Shown: in pieces, positions 39,528 to 51,702 of the stretch
Numbering within the stretch: the first letter of the stretch is position 1
Layout: every line of letters starts with the position of its first letter
NCBI GenBank assembly: GCA_937998695.1
Contig: CALLCO010000232.1
Location: forward strand, 1 to 54,453
Source of the DNA: Candidatus Ozemobacteraceae bacterium
GTDB taxonomy: Bacteria > Muiribacteriota > Ozemobacteria > Ozemobacterales > Ozemobacteraceae
Direction of reading: 5' to 3'
DNA length: 54,453 nt
Made by a program: the position numbers and the translations under genes
Notes under the pieces: model-generated
Told to the model about the DNA's origin: nothing
The model's input: the letters and a program-made list of their open reading frames with translations, nothing else
The model's database searches: none

Positions 39528-40547
39528 ATGCAGAAGTCGAGAAGCCCTGCCCTTTGGGTCCTCCTGGTCAGCCTCATGACCCTCCTTCCGGTGTTCTCCG
39601 CGGCGGCCGCCAAGCCGCTCGTCCTGTTCGACGAGGGCCACGCCCAGACTGCGGGCAATGCCGATTGGGTCATCGATGGCGGGTATTCCGACTTTGCCGA
39701 CGTGTTCACCGCCCAGGGCTGTGAAGTCCGGGCGGTCAAACGCCTCCAATGGGATGACATCAAAGACGCCGCCATCGTCGTCCTGCCCGAGCCGAACTCG
39801 GTGTATACCCCTGAAGAAGAGACCGCCCTCGTCCAGTTCGTCATGAACGGTGGCGGGTTGTACGCCATCGCCGACCACGATCGCTCCGACCGCAACGGCG
39901 ACGGCATCGACTCCGTCGGCGTCCTGAACCGCTTCCTGCCCCGCCTCGGGCTCGAGATCGAAAAGCGGTATTTCACCGAAGCCCCCGTCGCCGGCAAGAT
40001 ATTCGACACCGCGTTCACTCTGGGCGTGAAGGCGGTCGGCACCTGGGGCGGCACCACCGTCCGCTGCCTCGCCGGCACCGCGGTCGCCCACATCACCGTC
40101 AGCGCCAAGAACGGGGGGGGAGCGTTCATCGCCTCCAACATCGTCGGCACCAAGGGCGGCCGGGTGGTTGCCATGGGTGACAGTTCCCCCTACGACGACG
40201 GCACGGGGAACCCCTCCGACAAGCTGTACGACGGGTTCAACAACCCGGGGTATTCGCACGCCCGCCTGGCCCAGAATTCCGTCAAATGGCTCCTGGACAA
40301 GTCGCCGACCCCCGCCCGCACCCATCTTCGCCATCTGCTCGCCGATGCCGCCGCCACCGACACTCCGACGGATGAAGCCGCCCGGATGTACTGCGAAGCA
40401 ACCACCAGCGCCCTCGAGCACCTGCTGGCCGTGCATCCCGAGCTGCGCGAAGAAGCCCGAGCCGCCCTGGCTGCGGCTCCCGGCCTAGCCGGGCTGGCCC
40501 CCACCCTCGACACCCAGGACCGCTTCGACCGCCTGCATCGGCCCTGA
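39528..40547 (+). CDS. Secreted protein with class I glutamine-amidotransferase-like (DUF4350/GldG-like) fold
   Basis: Signal peptide; VLFDEGHAQTAGNADWVIDGGYSDFA, VLPEPN, FVMNGGGL, ADHDRSDRN, GRVVAMGDSS. Confidence 0.72.
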   Translation: MQKSRSPALWVLLVSLMTLLPVFSAAAAKPLVLFDEGHAQTAGNADWVIDGGYSDFADVFTAQGCEVRAVKRLQWDDIKDAAIVVLPEPNSVYTPEEETALVQFVMNGGGLYAIADHDRSDRNGDGIDSVGVLNRFLPRLGLEIEKRYFTEAPVAGKIFDTAFTLGVKAVGTWGGTTVRCLAGTAVAHITVSAKNGGGAFIASNIVGTKGGRVVAMGDSSPYDDGTGNPSDKLYDGFNNPGYSHARLAQNSVKWLLDKSPTPARTHLRHLLADAAATDTPTDEAARMYCEATTSALEHLLAVHPELREEARAALAAAPGLAGLAPTLDTQDRFDRLHRP

Positions 40548-40860
40548 GCCTACCCCCCCGGGCCAGAGGACCCAGGCGCCAAAGGAGACAGTGCGATCGT
40601 TGGGTCGCACCTCGTTGGGTTCCCCCCACCCTTCAGGGCACACGCAAGTCCCAAATGCCCATCCTGTGCAGATGAGCCAGAAGAGAGCCTGTGTCTCCGA
40701 AGGCAATTCATGCGGGTTTCACGGAAACCGTTTGTACGCAAGCCCATGATCGCCAACCCCCGAGGCTTGAAAGGCAAGGTGGACGAAAGCCTGCCTTTGC
40801 CTTACCCCACCCTCAGGTCGGATGGGACCACCTGCCTGGAGTGTGGTATAGTGGGTACGC

Positions 40861-41814
40861 ATGAGCATGCGGCAGATGGCGGCCAATACATCCCTCTTCA
40901 CCGGGATCGTCTTCCTCCTCCTGGCCGGAATTGTCGCCGCCGCCGGGTTGATGTGGCGGAATTTCCTGGAGTTTTCCGGCACAGGCAATGGTGAGGGGGA
41001 GGTCTTTTTTGGCCTGTCAGCCCAGCCGTCCCCCAAGTTGGCCCTGCTCCAGGGGCAGGAAAAACGCCTCACCTTCGGATTCGTGGTACCGCGTGGCGAC
41101 CTGGTCGAATTCATCGAGGCCGTGCAACCGGCTCTGAAGGGGATCACGGGCCCCATGGGGTATCATCCCCTGATCGACGTGTCCGATTCGACCAGCGAAC
41201 TGCTGGCCAAGCTGGAGCGGGGCCACGTGCAGGTCGCGGCGGTCACCGCGGTGGCCTATGCCCGGGTCCGGGCGACGGGGAAGGTCAGACCCCTCCTGGA
41301 GCGGGCCGGGGTCAAAAGCAAGCACTCCCTTTTTGTCGTGCGGAAGGAATCCGACTTCCGCACTCTGGCTGACCTGCAGGGGACCAGGATCGCCTACAAG
41401 GCCCGCGATTCGCTCAGCGGCTATGCCATGCCCCGCCTCGAACTGCGCCGGCTGGGGCACGACCCGGCGACCTTCTTCCGCAGCGAGACCTTCACCGGCA
41501 ACGCCCGCACCTCGGTTCTAGGGCTGATCAACGGCGAGTTCGAGGTCGCCGCCATGTCCGACACCTTCTTCGCCGAACTGGAGGCGGACATCCGAGACCG
41601 CCTTCGGGTGCTGCACCAGACCGAAGCGGTCCCGGGAGGAGTCTACCTGGCCGACGCCACGCGCGACCGTGACCTACTGGACCGCCTGACCGAGGCGTTC
41701 CTGGCCAAGGCCCCCCACCTCGCCACCGGCGAGGATTTCGCGGGGTATTTCCGGGTGAAACGCCCGGACCCGTCGCTCTACGACTTTCTGTCAGAGGTAG
41801 AGGACGATGGCTGA
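40861..41814 (+). CDS. PhnD-like phosphate/phosphonate substrate-binding protein, membrane anchored
   Basis: N-terminal TM; FRTLADLQGTRIA, DSLSGYAMP, SVLGLINGEFEVAA, LRVLHQT. Confidence 0.85.
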   Translation: MSMRQMAANTSLFTGIVFLLLAGIVAAAGLMWRNFLEFSGTGNGEGEVFFGLSAQPSPKLALLQGQEKRLTFGFVVPRGDLVEFIEAVQPALKGITGPMGYHPLIDVSDSTSELLAKLERGHVQVAAVTAVAYARVRATGKVRPLLERAGVKSKHSLFVVRKESDFRTLADLQGTRIAYKARDSLSGYAMPRLELRRLGHDPATFFRSETFTGNARTSVLGLINGEFEVAAMSDTFFAELEADIRDRLRVLHQTEAVPGGVYLADATRDRDLLDRLTEAFLAKAPHLATGEDFAGYFRVKRPDPSLYDFLSEVEDDG

Positions 41815-44116
41815 GCCAGGACCGGTCACTCCAGCCTTGGGCGCGGAACCTGCCCCGGGTCGGCCCGCCCTTGGTATCCGGGCCAAGTTGTCGGTGACCT
41901 TTGCCCTGGTGGTCATCCTGATCATGCTGTTGACGGTGCTCCTGGTGACCTATTTCGATCGCGGCGCCAACCTGGAGCGGGCACGACAGAACGCGGCGAT
42001 GTTGGGCAATCTCGTCAAGATCGGCATGGGCGAGGACATCATCCGGGGCAACTACCGCGGCCTGGAGTACGCGCTCGAAGAATTCACCCGCATGGCGGTG
42101 GTTCGGTATTGCGTGGTCCTGACCCCCGAGGGCAAGATCATCGCGACCACCGATCCCGAGCTGGCCGGGCGCTACATGGGCGACCCCTGGACCCTGGAGC
42201 GGTTGGCCGCCCCGGAGGTGGCCATCCGGCGCGCCTTTCACAAAGGCCACCCCGTCTCGGATGCCTGCATCCCCGTGCGGGTCGGCAACACTTCCTACGG
42301 CATGATCCGGGTGGGATTCTCCCTGCAACCCGAATTCGACTATATGCGGAGCGTGCTGTTGGGCAACCTGGCTCTGGGCCTGGGGTTTGTTTTCGTGGGC
42401 GTCCTGGTCTCGGTAGCAGTGGCCCGCAACATCACGGGGCCGATCACCGCTCTGCTCGAAGCCACCGAGCAGGTGGGCCGCGGCGATTATGCCCATCTGG
42501 GCCAGCTGCCCCATTCCGACGAGTTCCAGGCGCTGGGCGCCTCCTTCCAGAAGATGGCCCTCGAACTGCAGAAACGGGAGTTGCTACGGACCTACGTCTC
42601 CCCCACCGCCTGGGAGGAAGTGGCGGGCGCCTCGGGCGAGATCGCCCGGACCGGCAAGCGGCAGGAGGTGGTGGTCCTGTTCTGCCGCATCCGCGGGTTC
42701 GCCGCGTTCGCCGAGCGGCATCCCCCCGACGAGGTGATCGATGTCCTGAACCGGTTCTTCGACACTATGAGAAAACCGATCGTCCAGTCGGGAGGGATCA
42801 TCGACAAGGTTTTGGGCGAGCGGATCATGGGCGTGTTCCTGCAGGCTGGGGCCCGATCCGCAGCTGGAGGGGGGTGGCCTCCCGAAGTGCGGGCGGTCTT
42901 CGCGGCCTTGGGAATGCAGCGGGCTCTGCGCGAATTCAACCTGCGCCAGGCAGAGCTCGGCCAGGAAGAATTCCAGATGGGGGTGGGCCTGCATACCGGC
43001 CCGGTGATCCTCGGCCATGTCGGGTCGGGCGAACGGTTGGAATTCACCGTGCTCGGCGATACGGTCAGCCAAGCCGCCCGCCTCAAGGATCGACCGGTCT
43101 CCCCCGGTGGGACGGCCATCTTCGTCAGCGGCCCCTTCCTGAGCAAGGTCCAGGATTTCGTCACCGCTCGTGCGCTGACGGACTCGACGCCGGGGGCAAG
43201 CGGAAGTGCCTCCCTTCCCGCCTACGAGGTGACCGGAGTGACCAACCTGGGCTACTTCATCGAAGCCGCCCGGACGGCGGAACCGCCGACGCTCGACCAG
43301 CTCATGGAGCTGGTGGCCTGCATCGGGACGGCCGAAGCGAGGAAATACCTCGAGCGGGAAGCGGGGGGAGCGTCCCCCGAACGGGCGATGGCCGCGGTAA
43401 AAGCCCTCGGCACCATGGTCGCCGCCGGCCATGAGGAAGCGAAAGCCTTCCTGATGACCTTCCTGCCAGGGGTTCGTGACCCCGCCCTTCGCAGCCAGGC
43501 GGTTTCGATGCTGGCGCTGGCCCGGGATCCCCGACTGGTTGGCTTCTTCCGGCAGCTGCTCGCCGACCCTGACGGTCGGGTCAGGGCCAACGCCCTGCAA
43601 GCCCTTCTGCCGCTTCCCATCGACGACAAGGCCGACCTGTTCCGGGCCCATCAGGCCGATGCTCATCCCCGCGTCGTCGCCAATGCCCTGCTCGGTCTCT
43701 GGCTCCAGGACGACCCTCAGGTCATGCCCGGGCTGCTCGCCCTTCTCGATTCGCCCGAAGCCGCCCGGCGCAGCTCGGCCACCTTCGCCATCGCCACTTT
43801 GGCCGGGTCACGGAAATTTCAGGCCCGTTTCGACCAGGGAACGAAAGGCGGGGACGGCCCCGCCCCCCGGATCCTCGATCACCTCCACCGCCTGCTCGAG
43901 AGCGAGGAAACGGGCCAGCGACGGTATGCGGTGCGGGCGCTGGGCCTGCTGGGCGACGACCGTGCCTACGACCACTTGGGGGCCCTGATCGCCCAGGAGC
44001 AGATACCAGACGTGCTCGACGAGGCGGAGCGTGCCCTCGACCGGTTGCGGGTGCGCTGGGGGGTCCGGCCACCCCGCCCCGCGTCGCCACCGGTCCCTCC
44101 TCCCGCCAAGGCCTGA
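41807..44116 (+). CDS. 2TM-HAMP-class III cyclase-like domain (catalytically degenerate)-HEAT repeat protein
   Basis: HAMP ITGPITAL...DEFQALG; cyclase FCRIRGF, DKVLGERIM, GLHTG, TVLGDTVSQAARL; HEAT LADPDGRVRANA, HPRVVANA; 8-nt overlap with upstream gene, SD GAGGA. Confidence 0.85.
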   Translation: MAEPGPVTPALGAEPAPGRPALGIRAKLSVTFALVVILIMLLTVLLVTYFDRGANLERARQNAAMLGNLVKIGMGEDIIRGNYRGLEYALEEFTRMAVVRYCVVLTPEGKIIATTDPELAGRYMGDPWTLERLAAPEVAIRRAFHKGHPVSDACIPVRVGNTSYGMIRVGFSLQPEFDYMRSVLLGNLALGLGFVFVGVLVSVAVARNITGPITALLEATEQVGRGDYAHLGQLPHSDEFQALGASFQKMALELQKRELLRTYVSPTAWEEVAGASGEIARTGKRQEVVVLFCRIRGFAAFAERHPPDEVIDVLNRFFDTMRKPIVQSGGIIDKVLGERIMGVFLQAGARSAAGGGWPPEVRAVFAALGMQRALREFNLRQAELGQEEFQMGVGLHTGPVILGHVGSGERLEFTVLGDTVSQAARLKDRPVSPGGTAIFVSGPFLSKVQDFVTARALTDSTPGASGSASLPAYEVTGVTNLGYFIEAARTAEPPTLDQLMELVACIGTAEARKYLEREAGGASPERAMAAVKALGTMVAAGHEEAKAFLMTFLPGVRDPALRSQAVSMLALARDPRLVGFFRQLLADPDGRVRANALQALLPLPIDDKADLFRAHQADAHPRVVANALLGLWLQDDPQVMPGLLALLDSPEAARRSSATFAIATLAGSRKFQARFDQGTKGGDGPAPRILDHLHRLLESEETGQRRYAVRALGLLGDDRAYDHLGALIAQEQIPDVLDEAERALDRLRVRWGVRPPRPASPPVPPPAKA

Positions 44117-44161
44117 ACCCCGATTCTCCGACGGGCAGGCCCTGATCAGGAAAGCCCTTCA

Positions 44162-45226
44162 TCAGCGGATGGTCCTGGCCAATTCCCGCATGAGCTTTTC
44201 CTGGTGGGCGTCGAGCGTCTTGGGGACATCGATCAAGACCTTGACCAGCAGGTCGCCGGGAGGGGCACCGGGGGGATGGATGCCTTCCCCCTTGAGGCGC
44301 AGGAGGGTTCCGGTCTGTATGCCCGGCGGAATGCGCAGATGGGCGCGGCCGCGCAAGGTCGGGATTTCCTGCTCACCTCCAAGGGCGGCGGTGGTGAACA
44401 TGACGCGCACCGGCAGGATGAGATCGTTGCCCTTGCGTTCGAAGGTGTCATCGGGCGCAATCGAAAGCTGGACGAGCAAGTCGCCGGCGGGAGCGCCGGG
44501 GGCTCCGCTCGCTCCCTCCCCCCGGAGGCTGAGGATGGTGCCATCTTTGACCCCCGGCGGGATGCGGACGTCCAGGGCGACCTCCTGGAGGGTCTGGCCT
44601 TGGCCCTTGCAGGTCGGGCAGGGCCGGGAAGGGACCTTGCCGTCGCCCTGACAGCGGGGGCAGGGGCGCTGGGCCCCGAACAGCCCGCCGAAGGGGGACA
44701 GCTGGTCGGCCGACTGGCCGGACCCACGGCAGGACGGGCAGGTGGTACGAGGGGAGCCCGGGGCACCGCCCCGGCCGTGGCAGGTCGGGCAGGTGACGGG
44801 CTTTTGGAGCTGCAGACGGCGGGTGGCCCCCAGAGCGGCATCGCGGAAGGAGACCTGGACCTGAACCCGCAGGTCTTCCCCCCGGGCGGGACGGGCCCGT
44901 CCTTCGAAGAAGGAGTCGCCGAATAGGTCGCCGAAAATGCTCCCGAAGCGGGAAAAGACATCTTCGGTACTCTGGAAGCCCTCGAAGCCGATGTCATCGA
45001 GTCCGGCCTGGCCGCGCCGGTCGTAGAGATCGCGCTTCTTGGGATCGGACAGAACCTCGTAGGCGGTGCCGATCTCCTTGAAGCGTTCCTCGGCCTTGCG
45101 ATCACCCGGATTGCGGTCAGGATGATATTTCATGGCCAACTGGCGATAGGCCTTCTTGATCTCTTCGGGGGAGGCATCTCGTTTGACCCCGAGGATCTCG
45201 TAGTAATCTTTGCTTGAGCGTCTCAT
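44162..45226 (-). CDS. dnaJ: Chaperone DnaJ (type I)
   Basis: KDYYEILGV...YHPDRNP; four CxxCxGxG motifs; C-terminal AALGG and GDLLV. Not adjacent to dnaK. Confidence 0.93.
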   Translation of the reverse strand: MRRSSKDYYEILGVKRDASPEEIKKAYRQLAMKYHPDRNPGDRKAEERFKEIGTAYEVLSDPKKRDLYDRRGQAGLDDIGFEGFQSTEDVFSRFGSIFGDLFGDSFFEGRARPARGEDLRVQVQVSFRDAALGATRRLQLQKPVTCPTCHGRGGAPGSPRTTCPSCRGSGQSADQLSPFGGLFGAQRPCPRCQGDGKVPSRPCPTCKGQGQTLQEVALDVRIPPGVKDGTILSLRGEGASGAPGAPAGDLLVQLSIAPDDTFERKGNDLILPVRVMFTTAALGGEQEIPTLRGRAHLRIPPGIQTGTLLRLKGEGIHPPGAPPGDLLVKVLIDVPKTLDAHQEKLMRELARTIR

Positions 45227-45251
45227 ACGGTCGTCCTTTTCGGCGCGGCCC

Positions 45252-45848
45252 TCAGCGTCGCGCGACGTCGCAGGAGGCCGATGCCGGTCCGCCGGGGGCG
45301 ATCCGGGCGAGGATACCCTCACCCAGTACCACTCCCCCACAGGCCGTGACCATCTGCATGGTCACGATCGCCAGGAGGGCACCACGCAAGGCGGCCGACC
45401 AGGCGAAGGCCTGCAACAGGATCCAGCCTCCTGCGCCTATGATAGCAGATTTCATGCCAGGACCCACCACCACCCGCAAGGGGAGGGCCCGAGTGGCACT
45501 CCAGACATGGCCTTGGATGTAGAGGACATTGCCGGCCGCGATGAAGGGGGCTAGGGGCAACAGGTGAGGATGGAGATGGCCGGTGATCATTGCCCCGAAC
45601 GGGGTCAGCACGCCCACCACTCCCGCGGCCCACGGTCCGGCGAGGCTGCTGATGGTGATGAACAGGGCATTGACGACCACCCCGGTCACCAGGTTGGGCA
45701 GGCCGAGAGCCTGCACGGCCAGGGCCAGGGCAAGTCCAAGGCCGGCGAAGGCGATCGGGCGGGCGCGAGGGAATGGGGCCGGGCCGGTTTCGGGCGGGAA
45801 AAGCCGGTCACCGGGGCCGGCAGGGGTGTCCGAAGGCGAATCGTACAT
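45252..45848 (-). CDS. ECF transporter S-component-like membrane protein
   Basis: About 6 TM segments; [25 protein letters not shown] pattern. Start 45848 or 45869. Confidence 0.7.
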   Translation of the reverse strand: MYDSPSDTPAGPGDRLFPPETGPAPFPRARPIAFAGLGLALALAVQALGLPNLVTGVVVNALFITISSLAGPWAAGVVGVLTPFGAMITGHLHPHLLPLAPFIAAGNVLYIQGHVWSATRALPLRVVVGPGMKSAIIGAGGWILLQAFAWSAALRGALLAIVTMQMVTACGGVVLGEGILARIAPGGPASASCDVARR

Positions 45849-45894
45849 ACGTGCGGAGGATTCTACCATGCTTCACCCTTGGATTGAGAAGAAT

Positions 45895-45923
45895 TTGACA
45901 CCGTCCCAGGGGGTGATTATAAT
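45895..45923 (+). promoter_or_regulatory. Perfect-consensus sigma70 promoter for hppA
   Basis: TTGACA-17 nt-TATAAT; SD AAGGAGG before GTG 45977. Confidence 0.85.
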
Positions 45924-45976
45924 AACATGCTTTTCACGATTGCCCGGAATGCTACCAGTCCTTCCAAGGAGGTCCT

Positions 45977-48802
<2,826 letters not shown>

Positions 48803-48820
48803 TCGATCCTGCCCACTCCT

Positions 48821-48847
48821 GGAACGCCCCCGCCCCGGGGGCGTTCC
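48821..48847 (+). terminator. Stem-loop after hppA (weak U-tract)
   Basis: GGAACGCCCCC-GCCCC-GGGGGCGTTCC. Confidence 0.55.
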
Positions 48848-48930
48848 CCCTTGTGGCCGGTTCGGGCGATTCCGGTTGCGAGGCGGTTCCCGGGCATGCT
48901 ACAGTTCATAGAGACGATCGGGAGGCCCCC

Positions 48931-50232
48931 ATGACAACCGTGTCCTGCCTGGAAGAGGCGCTCCGCACCGACATCAAGCCCGCCTGCGGGTGTACCGAAC
49001 CAGCGGCCATTGCTCTGGCCGCCTGTCACGCCAGTCGCCAGGCGGGTGGCGAGATCGAACGGCTTGACGTGCAGGTATCGACCAACCTGTTCAAGAACGC
49101 TGTCGAGGTCGGCATCCCGGGCACCCATGGGGCCCGGGGCATCGAACTGGCCGCAGCCCTGGGGTGCTTCTCCTCAGGAGAACCTCCCGACCTCACCATC
49201 TTGAACGCCATCGACGAGGCCCGGCTGGCCAAGGCCCTGGCCATGGTCCAGGCCGGACGCATCGTCCTGCACCTCGACCAGTCACGCCAGGGCCTGCACC
49301 TCGAATGCACCGCCCGTTCCCGCAGCGGCCAGGGCCGGGCGGTCATCAGCGGCAGCCACGAGCATATCGTCCGCCTGGAGCGGAACGGGGCGATCGTCCA
49401 CGCAGCCCCCGACCACGCCCCGACCCGCAGCAGCAAGGTGCTCGAGGCTCGGCAGGCCTTGGCCAGCCAGCGGGTGAGCGACCTGCTCGACGCCCTGCCG
49501 GCCTTGTCGTCCGAGACCCGCCAATTCCTGCTGGAAGGCATCGAGATGAACCGGAAAGTCGCCGAGGCCGGCCTCCACAATGGTGGCGGCCTGCACATCG
49601 GTTCCGCCTATCGAACGCTGATCCAGAAAGGGTGGCTGGCCAACGACGTGATCACGCAGGCCAAGATGCTCACCTCCGCCGCGGTCGATGCCCGCATGTC
49701 GGGATGCGACCTGCCAGTGATGACCTCGGGGGGTTCGGGCAACCAGGGCCTGACGATCACCCTTCCCCTCTCGGTTCTGGCCACCATCCGCCACATTCCC
49801 GAGGCGCGCTTGACCGAGGCCCTGGCCCTGGCCCACGCCATCACCTCGATCCTGAAGCACCACACCGGCACCCTGTCAGCCATGTGCGGCTGCGTGGTCT
49901 GCGCGGGAACCGGCCTGACGGCCGGGGTCACCTACCTGCTCGGTGGCGGCCTCGACGCCATCACGGCCGCCGTCAACACCATGACCGGCGGCATCACCGG
50001 CATCATCTGCGACGGCGCCAAGGTCGGTTGCGCCATCAAGCTGGTCACCGCCGTCGACGCGGCATTCCAGTCAAGCTTCATGGCCCTCCACGGGGTGATC
50101 CTGCCCAGCAGCAACGGGGTCCTGGGGGCCACCGTCGAGGAGAGTCTGCGCAACATCGGCCTGGTGGCGGCCCCCGGCATGATCGGCACCGACACCCAGA
50201 TCCTGGCCATCATGACCAGCAAGCCTGCCTGA
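48931..50232 (+). CDS. L-cysteine desulfidase (YhaM/CdsB, UPF0597; serine dehydratase alpha-like)
   Basis: GCTEPAAIALA, ARMSGCDLPVMTSGGSGNQG, LSAMCGC, GIICDGAKVGCAIK; SD GGGAGG. Confidence 0.88.
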   Translation: MTTVSCLEEALRTDIKPACGCTEPAAIALAACHASRQAGGEIERLDVQVSTNLFKNAVEVGIPGTHGARGIELAAALGCFSSGEPPDLTILNAIDEARLAKALAMVQAGRIVLHLDQSRQGLHLECTARSRSGQGRAVISGSHEHIVRLERNGAIVHAAPDHAPTRSSKVLEARQALASQRVSDLLDALPALSSETRQFLLEGIEMNRKVAEAGLHNGGGLHIGSAYRTLIQKGWLANDVITQAKMLTSAAVDARMSGCDLPVMTSGGSGNQGLTITLPLSVLATIRHIPEARLTEALALAHAITSILKHHTGTLSAMCGCVVCAGTGLTAGVTYLLGGGLDAITAAVNTMTGGITGIICDGAKVGCAIKLVTAVDAAFQSSFMALHGVILPSSNGVLGATVEESLRNIGLVAAPGMIGTDTQILAIMTSKPA

Positions 50233-50264
50233 GGCCGGCCCCCCCAAGGAAACGCTCCCCCGCC

Positions 50265-51569
50265 ATGGGCCGCACCCTCGAGATCACCCCGTGCCGGAGG
50301 TTCCGGGGGGAACCCCGCCTGCCCGGTGACAAGTCGATCTCCCATCGGGCCCTGCTCTTGGCCGGGCTGGCCGACGGCACCAGCCGCATCACCGGCCTGG
50401 CCGCCGGCTGGGACCTTCTGGCCACGCGGGAAGCCCTGCGCCGGCTCGGAGTGGCGATCGACCTCATCTCGGAAAGCGCGGTCACGGTCGTCGGGGTGGG
50501 CGGGGCCAGCCACCTGCGGGAGCCAGAGGAACCCATCCCCTGTCTGAATTCCGGCACTACGGCCCGGCTGCTGGCCGGCGTCGTGGCCGGTCTGCCAGGT
50601 TTGACGGTACTGAGCGGGGACGCCTCGTTGCGCCGGCGGCCGATGCGGCGGGTCATCGAGCCCTTGCGGGAGACGGGGGCCCGCCTGTGGGGCCGCGCCC
50701 AGGACACCTGCCTGCCATTGTGCATCCAGGGCCAGGCGAGGCTCCGCCCCTTGTCGTACCGGCTGCCGGTGCCGTCGGCCCAGGTCAAATCCGCCCTGCT
50801 GCTGGCCGGGCTGGCCGCCGACGGGGTAACCACGATCGAAGAGCCGGTGCCGACACGGGATCATACCGAGACCATGCTCCGGGCCGCAGGGATCGACTGC
50901 CAGCGGACGGGCCCCCTGATCACCGTTTCGGGGCCGGCCGTGCCGCAACCCGGCGACCGGGCCATCCCGGGCGACCCCAGTGCCGGGGCAGCCTTCGCCG
51001 TGGGGGCGGCCATCCATCCCGGTAGCCATATCGTCCTGCGACGGCTGGGTCTGAACCCCACCCGCACCGGTTTTCTCGACATCCTGGCCCGCATGGGCGC
51101 GGCGGTGGAGGTCCTCGAGCGGGCCGAGGCGAAAGGCGAACCGGTCGGCGACGTGGCGATCAAAGGAAGGGGTTTGCGGGGCCTGGATCTCGGTCCGGCC
51201 GACATCCCCGGGCTGATCGACGAGATTCCGCTGCTGGCGGTGGCCATGGCCTTGGCGGAAGGTCCCTCGACCATTCGCGGGGCGGAGGAACTGCGGCGGA
51301 AGGAATCCGACCGGCTGGCCTGCCTGACGCGGGAGCTGCAGCGGTTCGGCCTGGCGGTCACCGAGACCGCCGACGGCTTGACCCTGCCGGGCGGCGGGCG
51401 ACCGGTCGCGCCCGCCTTCGCCGACACCCACGGCGACCACCGCATCGGGCTGGCCGTGGCCATCCTGGCCACGGCGGCAACGGGCACCACCCTGCTGCGG
51501 GATGCGCAGTGGCTCGACGTGTCCTTCCCGGGGTTCGAAGCAGAGCTGCGCCGGGTGGCCACCCCCTGA
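50265..51569 (+). CDS. aroA: 3-phosphoshikimate 1-carboxyvinyltransferase (EPSP synthase)
   Basis: PGDKSISHRA, NSGTTAR, RRPMRR, SAQVKSA, TRDHTE, IDEIP, ELRRKESDR, GDHRI, VSFPGF. Confidence 0.96.
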   Translation: MGRTLEITPCRRFRGEPRLPGDKSISHRALLLAGLADGTSRITGLAAGWDLLATREALRRLGVAIDLISESAVTVVGVGGASHLREPEEPIPCLNSGTTARLLAGVVAGLPGLTVLSGDASLRRRPMRRVIEPLRETGARLWGRAQDTCLPLCIQGQARLRPLSYRLPVPSAQVKSALLLAGLAADGVTTIEEPVPTRDHTETMLRAAGIDCQRTGPLITVSGPAVPQPGDRAIPGDPSAGAAFAVGAAIHPGSHIVLRRLGLNPTRTGFLDILARMGAAVEVLERAEAKGEPVGDVAIKGRGLRGLDLGPADIPGLIDEIPLLAVAMALAEGPSTIRGAEELRRKESDRLACLTRELQRFGLAVTETADGLTLPGGGRPVAPAFADTHGDHRIGLAVAILATAATGTTLLRDAQWLDVSFPGFEAELRRVATP

Positions 51570-51633
51570 CGGGGCGGCAGAACCGGCACCACGGCGGGCA
51601 GGGGGTTCCCCTTTCGGCAGCGAACTTTTTCAC

Positions 51634-51662
51634 TTGCATCTTCCCTTGAAATGTTGTACGCT
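51634..51662 (+). promoter_or_regulatory. Possible sigma70 promoter for cmk-rpsA
   Basis: TTGCAT-17 nt-TACGCT in an AT-richer intergenic patch. Confidence 0.45.
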
Positions 51663-51702
51663 GATCGGCACCAATCGCCCGTATTTCCCTTTTCGTGGGC
51701 GA

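Noticed and set aside
49164-50264. Apparent 801-aa AroA fusion
   Set aside because: N-terminal part is an off-frame overlap of the cysteine desulfidase gene (Arg/Pro/His-rich); AroA begins at 50265.
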